From contig NZ_OMOH01000002.1 in NCBI RefSeq assembly GCF_900289195.1, forward strand, positions 301,206 to 333,205: a stretch of DNA of 32,000 bases, in the 5' to 3' direction. The position numbers were made by a program, and so were the translations under genes. Source of the DNA: Propionibacterium ruminifibrarum. GTDB taxonomy: Bacteria > Actinomycetota > Actinomycetes > Propionibacteriales > Propionibacteriaceae. Within the stretch, counting starts at the first letter, position 1. Each line of letters begins with the position of its first letter. The notes below the pieces were generated by a model. That model was given only the letters and a program-made list of their open reading frames with translations. It was not told the DNA's origin and did not search any database. Shown one piece after another: positions 27,362-32,000 of this stretch.

Positions 27362-28492
27362 ATGGACAGCGGGCACGGCCGGGGCGACGAGGAGGCGCCC
27401 GACGCCGTGCGGGCGCCGGCCCGGGGCCCGGCCCGGCTGTTCGTCCGCGATCCCGACAACGGCATCATCGGTGGCGTCTGCGCCGGTGTCGCCGCTCGCA
27501 CCGGGATCGATCCCCTCCTCATCCGCCTGGTCGCCGCGCTGGCCGGTCTCAGCGCCGGATTCGGCCTCGCCTGCTATGTCACGCTGTGGGTCACGACGCC
27601 GACGCCTCGCGACGATCGCAGCCCCGTCGAGCGGGTGTTGCCCGGCTTCAGGCGTACGGGCTGGTTCGGTTTCTCGGTGCTGCTCCTGGCCGCCTGCGCG
27701 GGCACGTTCCTGACCGTTCGCGGCCTCGTGCCCCTGGCATGGTGGCCATTCGCCCTCGTCGTCCTGGTCGTCGTCGCCATGTGGGTGCTCCGGCCGGTGG
27801 TCGCTGCCAGTGAGCGGCGACGCCGGATCGCCGCCGCCCGGCCCGCCCCGGCGCGCAGCACGAGACCCGTCACCGTCATCACCTGGATCGCCCTCCCCGC
27901 GGCGGCAGCGGCCGGTGCGGGCATGTTCCTGCTCGTGGACGCGAGCCCGCTGGCCCAAGTGGTCTGCGCGGTCGCGGCAGCCCTCGGCACGATCGGCATC
28001 GGCCTGGTGCTGACCAGCCTGTGGGGCATTTCCCGTCTGCTGCGCGACGTGGGGGTCCTGCTCGGTGTCGTCATCCTTCTTCTCGACACGCCCTTCATCA
28101 CCACCCTCGGCGTGCAGGCCCAGTCCGATGGCGCCGACGGCTCCGGCCCGGACTGGGACGCCTCCGGCGCTGTCGTGGTCGATGGCCAGAACATGATCCT
28201 CGACCTGGGCGCCCTGCCCCCTCAGGACACCGAGATGACGGTCCAGGCGCACGACTCGAACATTCACGTCATCGCGCCCGACACCCGCGCCGTCACGATC
28301 GAGTACAGCTGCCTGTTCTCCGAACTCACCCTGCCCTCGGGGGGCGGCTGCACCAGCATCGGCTCCGGCGTCTGGACGAGCGGCATTCCCTCGGCCCCAC
28401 CGAGCCAGGCCGGCGACGCCGAGGCCCGCCCGGCCGACGCCCTGCACGTGAAGATCAAACTCGTGCGCTCCCAGGTGGAGGTGGCGCGATGA
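27362..28492 (+). CDS. PspC-domain polytopic membrane protein with a beta-rich C-terminal domain
   Basis: The PspC motif is LFVRDPDNGIIGGVCAGVAARTGIDPLLIRLVAAL. About six TM helices follow. The C-terminal ~110 aa (VVVDGQNMILDLG...VQAHDSNIHVIAP...LHVKIKLVRSQVEV) has alternating beta-strand character reminiscent of LiaF/toast-rack-type domains; that resemblance is inference. Confidence 0.75.
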   Translation: MDSGHGRGDEEAPDAVRAPARGPARLFVRDPDNGIIGGVCAGVAARTGIDPLLIRLVAALAGLSAGFGLACYVTLWVTTPTPRDDRSPVERVLPGFRRTGWFGFSVLLLAACAGTFLTVRGLVPLAWWPFALVVLVVVAMWVLRPVVAASERRRRIAAARPAPARSTRPVTVITWIALPAAAAAGAGMFLLVDASPLAQVVCAVAAALGTIGIGLVLTSLWGISRLLRDVGVLLGVVILLLDTPFITTLGVQAQSDGADGSGPDWDASGAVVVDGQNMILDLGALPPQDTEMTVQAHDSNIHVIAPDTRAVTIEYSCLFSELTLPSGGGCTSIGSGVWTSGIPSAPPSQAGDAEARPADALHVKIKLVRSQVEVAR

Positions 28493-28803
28493 GCCACGCC
28501 GACAACGGGCGCGCCCCGCAGCGCTCCGCGTCCCTCGTGTGGGGTTTGCTGTTCATCGTCGTTGCCGTCCTGACGGTGCTCACCTCGAACCACCTGGTCG
28601 GCCACGAAGCCGTCCGAATCGGTTTCCCGCTGGCCCTCATCGCCATCGGGCTGCTGGGGCTGGTGGTCGGCAACACCGGCTCGAGGAGCAGAATCAAGAA
28701 CGTGGGGGTGGGTGCGCCCGGCACCCCCGAAACGGCCCCCGGCACGTATGAACCGGTGCGTGACACAAGAGAGCACGACACGAGAGAACAAGGAGAACCC
28801 TGA
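28489..28803 (+). CDS. Small two-TM membrane protein
   Basis: It overlaps the upstream gene by ATGA and the downstream gene by TGATG. Two hydrophobic helices are present (LVWGLLFIVVAVLTVL, FPLALIAIGLLGLVV). The charged tail contains a DTREHDTREQ repeat. Confidence 0.55.
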   Translation: MSHADNGRAPQRSASLVWGLLFIVVAVLTVLTSNHLVGHEAVRIGFPLALIAIGLLGLVVGNTGSRSRIKNVGVGAPGTPETAPGTYEPVRDTREHDTREQGEP

Positions 28804-29075
28804 TGGCCGCCAAGAAACTCACCAGGAGCCGTGACCACCGGATGATCAGCGGTGTTGCCGGTGGTATAGGCGATTACCTCGGCATCGACTCCAACATCGT
28901 CCGCCTCGTCTTCGGCCTCTTCGCCGTGATCACCCTGGGCGGCGCCATCCTCGTCTACCTGATCGGCTGGTTGCTGCTGCCCGACGAGTTCGACGACGTG
29001 CGCGGCTTCGATCAGGTCAAGAAGAAGTTCGACGAGTTCGGGGGCAAGAAGTCAGACGGCTACCGGGGCCAGTGA
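28803..29075 (+). CDS. Small PspC-domain protein
   Basis: This 90-aa protein has the canonical PspC N-terminus LTRSRDHRMISGVAGGIGDYLGIDSNIVRLVFGLFAV plus one TM helix. Confidence 0.82.
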   Translation: MAAKKLTRSRDHRMISGVAGGIGDYLGIDSNIVRLVFGLFAVITLGGAILVYLIGWLLLPDEFDDVRGFDQVKKKFDEFGGKKSDGYRGQ

Positions 29076-29134
29076 TGTCCCGCCGTCTTGCCGACGGTGA
29101 CACCGGCACACGCCACGACAGGCGGTGAAACCAG

Positions 29135-29166
29135 TGAGGGGCGGGCCCAGAAGGGCCCGCCCCTCA
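29135..29166. terminator. Bidirectional terminator hairpin between convergent genes
   Basis: TGAGGGGCGGGCCC-AGAA-GGGCCCGCCCCTCA forms a perfect 14-bp GC-rich stem with a 4-nt loop. Confidence 0.65.
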
Positions 29167-29194
29167 GCGTCGTCCGGGGGCGCCGTGACGCCGA

Positions 29195-29899
29195 TCAGAA
29201 CAGTGTCGACAACCTGACGTCCTGGCCGCTCACGGCGACCTCGATGCCGTCCGCGGTGGCCTCCAGCCCCGAGTAGCCGAGCCCACCGGGCAGGTCGGGC
29301 AGGACGAGCCGGTCCTGGGTGTTGGCGAGGACCGCCTGGACGAGGGTGTCGGGCAGGTCCACCGTGGCGACCGAGACCTGGGCGTCGGTGAGCGTGATCG
29401 CCCCGCCGGGCGCGACCGTGGGCACCGCCGTCACGGTCACCGGAACCTCGGCGCCCAGGACCTCCACCGTGGTCTCCGCCTGGATGGTGCCGCCGGTTCC
29501 CCCGCTCACGGACATGCCCGAGGCCGTACTCACGTCGTCCCAGCTCATGACGGCCGAGGCCTCCAGGGCGCCGGCCGTCAGCTCGTCGGCCGACTGCACA
29601 TGGCTCAGATCGGTGAAGTCGCCGTGAACCGACTGCAGCGAGAGGTCGGAGCCCTGAACCGTCACGGGGGCCCGGTCGATGTCGAGACTCAGGTCGTCGA
29701 GTGTCCCGGAGGTGAACACCGACAGCAGGACCCACTGGGAGGTCGAGGCGTGGACCGTCGAGGGGTCGACGCCCAGCTGGCCGGCGACCCGGGACTGCAC
29801 GGTGCGCATCGCGACGTACCGGGAGACACCGACCGCCGCCCCGGCGAGCACCAGGACGACGACGAGGAGGCCGCACAGGACTTTCAGGCCACGGGACAT
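29195..29899 (-). CDS. DUF2993/LmeA-like envelope lipid-binding protein
   Basis: An N-terminal TM anchor is present (VLCGLLVVVLVLAGAAV). The rest is a beta-rich repetitive body with patterns such as 'V..G.L..L.L' and 'A.V.V..V'. The gene starts 8 nt downstream of the dapB stop codon. Confidence 0.65.
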   Translation of the reverse strand: MSRGLKVLCGLLVVVLVLAGAAVGVSRYVAMRTVQSRVAGQLGVDPSTVHASTSQWVLLSVFTSGTLDDLSLDIDRAPVTVQGSDLSLQSVHGDFTDLSHVQSADELTAGALEASAVMSWDDVSTASGMSVSGGTGGTIQAETTVEVLGAEVPVTVTAVPTVAPGGAITLTDAQVSVATVDLPDTLVQAVLANTQDRLVLPDLPGGLGYSGLEATADGIEVAVSGQDVRLSTLF

Positions 29900-29906
29900 G
29901 AGCGGC

Positions 29907-30644
29907 TCACAGCCCGAGGATCTCGTCCATGCCCACGGTGAGGCCGGGGCGGCCGACGACGGCCCGCACGCCGGCCAGGACGCCGGGCATGAAGGAGACC
30001 CGGTCGTAGGAGTCGTCGCGGATGGTCAGGCTCTCGCCGGCGGTGCCGAGCAGCACCTCCTGGTGGGCGACCAGGCCCTGGAGACGGACGGAGTGGACCG
30101 GCACGTCGTCGACCCGGCTGCCCCGGGCCCCGTCGAGCGCGGTCTGCGTGGCGTCGGGCATCGGCGCGCAGCCGGCCGCCCGGCGTGCCGCGGCGACCCG
30201 GCGGGCGGTGCTGGCGGCCGTGCCGGAGGGGGCGTCGAGCTTGCGGGGGTGGTGCAGCTCGATGATCTCGACGGAGTCGAAGAAGGGCGCGGCCTTCTCG
30301 GCGAAGGCCATCATGAGGACGGCGCCGATGGAGAAGTTCGAGGCGATCAGGACGCCGACGTCGGGGTCGGCCCCGAGCCAGGAGCGCACCTGGTCGAGCC
30401 GGTCCTCGTCGAAACCGGTGGTGCCGACGACCGCGTTGACGCCGTGATCGATGCACCACTTGATGTTGTCCATGACGACGCCCGGCTGGGTGAAGTCGAC
30501 CATGACCTGGGCGGCCTCGGCCGGCGCACGGTCGTCGCCGGCGTCGATGCGGGCGACGAGCTCGGTGTCGGGCGCCCCCTCGACCGCATCGCAGACGGTG
30601 GAGCCCATGCGGCCCCTGGCACCGAACACACCGACCTTGATCAT
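29907..30644 (-). CDS. dapB: 4-hydroxy-tetrahydrodipicolinate reductase
   Basis: The N-terminus is MIKVGVFGARGRMG. Further signatures are VGTTGF, IASNFSIGAVLM and ELHHPRKLDAPSGTA. The ATG at 30644 was verified; the upstream part of the track ORF lies in the repeat region. Confidence 0.96.
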   Translation of the reverse strand: MIKVGVFGARGRMGSTVCDAVEGAPDTELVARIDAGDDRAPAEAAQVMVDFTQPGVVMDNIKWCIDHGVNAVVGTTGFDEDRLDQVRSWLGADPDVGVLIASNFSIGAVLMMAFAEKAAPFFDSVEIIELHHPRKLDAPSGTAASTARRVAAARRAAGCAPMPDATQTALDGARGSRVDDVPVHSVRLQGLVAHQEVLLGTAGESLTIRDDSYDRVSFMPGVLAGVRAVVGRPGLTVGMDEILGL

Positions 30645-30726
30645 CGCTACCTCGCAGTCCTCGTCCAACAGGTCGCCGACCAGCCTACTCGCCGGGGTCC
30701 GATCCGCTGCGCCACTGCCTGATCTG

Positions 30727-30757
30727 CCGGTCCCTTGGCCCAACTGGCCGGGACCGG
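30727..30757. repeat. Stem-loop upstream of dapB
   Basis: CCGGTCCC (30727-30734) pairs with GGGACCGG (30750-30757). An inner GGCC/GGCC stem encloses a 5-nt loop. Confidence 0.4.
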
Positions 30758-30792
30758 TGCGCTTCGCGGGTGGGTTCGCCGGGTTCGTGGTT

Positions 30793-31084
30793 GGGGTTGT
30801 TGCGCCGGGTTGGGTTCGCTGCGCCTGTGGGGGCCTTTCCCGCCCGCTGGCGCACAGGTTCGCTGCGCGAACAGGTGCGCCAGATGCCCGGAGCCGAGCC
30901 CTGAAAGGCCCCCACAGGCTCCACTCGGCCCGCACCGGGTTGGCTGTGAGCGGAGTTCGGCAGGCCCCTCAGGGCTCGGCATCGGGCATTGTGATTCACA
31001 TGTTCGCCTCGGCGAACCTGTGAATCACAGGGCGGGAGGGGCCTGCCGAACGCAGCGAACCCACCCACTCGACGCAGCAACCCC
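30793..31084. repeat. Nested imperfect palindrome built from two inverted copies of a ~95-nt hairpin unit
   Basis: Unit A has perfectly complementary 16-nt arms at 30824-30839 and 30903-30918, plus an inner hairpin at 30847-30883. Unit B has perfectly complementary 16-nt arms at 30955-30970 and 31036-31051, plus an inner hairpin at 30991-31028 (17/18). The flanks are also complementary: 30812-30823 with 31051-31062 (12/12) and 30793-30804 with 31073-31084 (11/12). Confidence 0.75.
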
Positions 31085-31119
31085 ACGGAAGCGGCACGGC
31101 TCTCAAGGATCCGGTAGCG

Positions 31120-31154
31120 CACCGGCCCCAGGGGCAACGCCCCTGGGGCCGGTG
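31120..31154 (-). terminator. pnp terminator hairpin
   Basis: CACCGGCCCCAGGGG-CAACG-CCCCTGGGGCCGGTG forms a perfect 15-bp stem. It lies ~25 nt downstream of the pnp stop codon. Confidence 0.6.
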
Positions 31155-31179
31155 GTGACCGAGCGGACCGTGAGGAGGA

Positions 31180-32000
31180 TCAGGCCTCGTCGGCCTCCTC
31201 CTCGAGCACCGGGGTCAGCGAGAGCTTGCCGCGGTCGTCGATGTCGGTGATCTCGACCTGGAGCTTCTGGCCGACCGACAGCACGTCCTCGGCGTCCTCG
31301 ACGCGCTTGCCGCCGTTGAGGGCGCGCAGCTTCGAGATGTGGAGCAGACCGTCCTTGCCGGGCAGCAGGGAGACGAAGGCGCCGAAGCTCGTGAGCTTCA
31401 CGACGGTGCCCAGGTAGCGCTCGCCCATCTCCGGCATCGTCGGGTTGGCGATGGCGTTGATCATCGTGCGCGCGGCCTCGGCGGATTCGCCGTTGTCGGC
31501 ACCGATGTAGATCGTGCCGTCCTCCTCGATGGAGATATTGGCGCCGGTGTCGTCCTGGATCTGGTTGATGACCTTGCCCTTGGGGCCGATGACCTCGCCG
31601 ATCTTGTCGGTGGGGATGTGCACGGTGATGATGCGCGGGGCGAACTCGCTCATCTCGTCGGGCGCGTCGATCGCATCGCTGATGACGCCGAGGATCGTGG
31701 TGCGGGCCTCGCGGGCCTGCAGCAGGGCCTGGGCGAGCACGTCGGCGGGGATGCCGTCGAGCTTGGTGTCGAGCTGCAGGGCGGTGACGAACTCGCTGGT
31801 GCCGGCCACCTTGAAGTCCATGTCGCCGAGGGCGTCCTCGGCGCCGAGGATGTCGGTGAGGGCCAGGTACGTGGTCTCGCCGTCCTCGCCGGTCTCGCTC
31901 ATGAGGCCCATGGCGATGCCCGCCACGGGGGCCCGCAGCGGCACGCCTGCGTTGAGCAGGGACAGCGTCGAGGCGCAGACCGAACCCATCGACGTGGAGC
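31180..32000 (-). CDS. pnp: Polyribonucleotide nucleotidyltransferase (PNPase), C-terminal part; continues beyond the window
   Basis: The second RNase PH domain ends with [17 protein letters not shown] and DMDFKVAGT. The KH domain contains [13 protein letters not shown]. The S1 domain contains [26 protein letters not shown]. Confidence 0.97.
   Translation of the reverse strand, partial: STSMGSVCASTLSLLNAGVPLRAPVAGIAMGLMSETGEDGETTYLALTDILGAEDALGDMDFKVAGTSEFVTALQLDTKLDGIPADVLAQALLQAREARTTILGVISDAIDAPDEMSEFAPRIITVHIPTDKIGEVIGPKGKVINQIQDDTGANISIEEDGTIYIGADNGESAEAARTMINAIANPTMPEMGERYLGTVVKLTSFGAFVSLLPGKDGLLHISKLRALNGGKRVEDAEDVLSVGQKLQVEITDIDDRGKLSLTPVLEEEADEA

Noticed and set aside
30647-31250. 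ORFs of 111, 150, 171 and 190 aa (30647..30982 -, 30685..31137 -, 30735..31250 +, 30451..31023 +) in the pnp-dapB spacer.
   Set aside because: They overlap one another on both strands across a palindromic repeat, have Arg/Pro/Gly-rich low-complexity translations, and extend into dapB or pnp out of frame.
1-32000. Scan for CRISPR arrays, tRNA/rRNA genes, transposases, integrases, toxin-antitoxin pairs and known defence-system genes.
   Set aside because: None were found. There are no regularly spaced direct repeats, no T-loop/acceptor-like tRNA signatures (the GGGTTCGC strings in 30770-30820 belong to the palindromic repeat) and no DDE/tyrosine-recombinase motifs. The gene content is core metabolism and envelope functions.

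Overview
This window is a high-GC Actinomycetota chromosomal segment, possibly Propionibacteriales-like, though I cannot assign a taxon from sequence alone. It is densely packed and mostly core housekeeping. Genes present are metG, an ECH_2/3-hydroxyisobutyryl-CoA hydrolase-like gene, RNase HI, putP, icd and mdh (divergent), a pcrA > perM-like > purN > purH > folD > small membrane protein run on the minus strand, cls, dapB and the 3' end of pnp. Several cell-envelope modules sit between these: a YtrA-type GntR/ABC ATPase/permease operon with an AT-rich palindromic operator; an LPXTG surface protein directly upstream of an LCP-family gene; and a PspC-domain histidine kinase with a NarL-type regulator, divergent from three translationally coupled PspC/small membrane protein genes. 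A DUF2993/LmeA-like protein is also present. I found no tRNA or rRNA genes, CRISPR arrays, transposases, integrases or recognisable defence genes, so this looks like an ordinary core region rather than an accessory island. The least explained sequence is noncoding. First, a roughly 290-bp nested palindrome in the pnp-dapB spacer consists of two diverged, oppositely oriented copies of a ~95-nt hairpin unit that keep perfect stems despite sequence divergence. Second, a ~150-bp stretch at ~39% GC lies upstream of the LPXTG gene. Many long ORFs in the supplied track are antisense shadow frames or 5'-over-extended frames typical of high-GC DNA, and I trimmed or rejected them.
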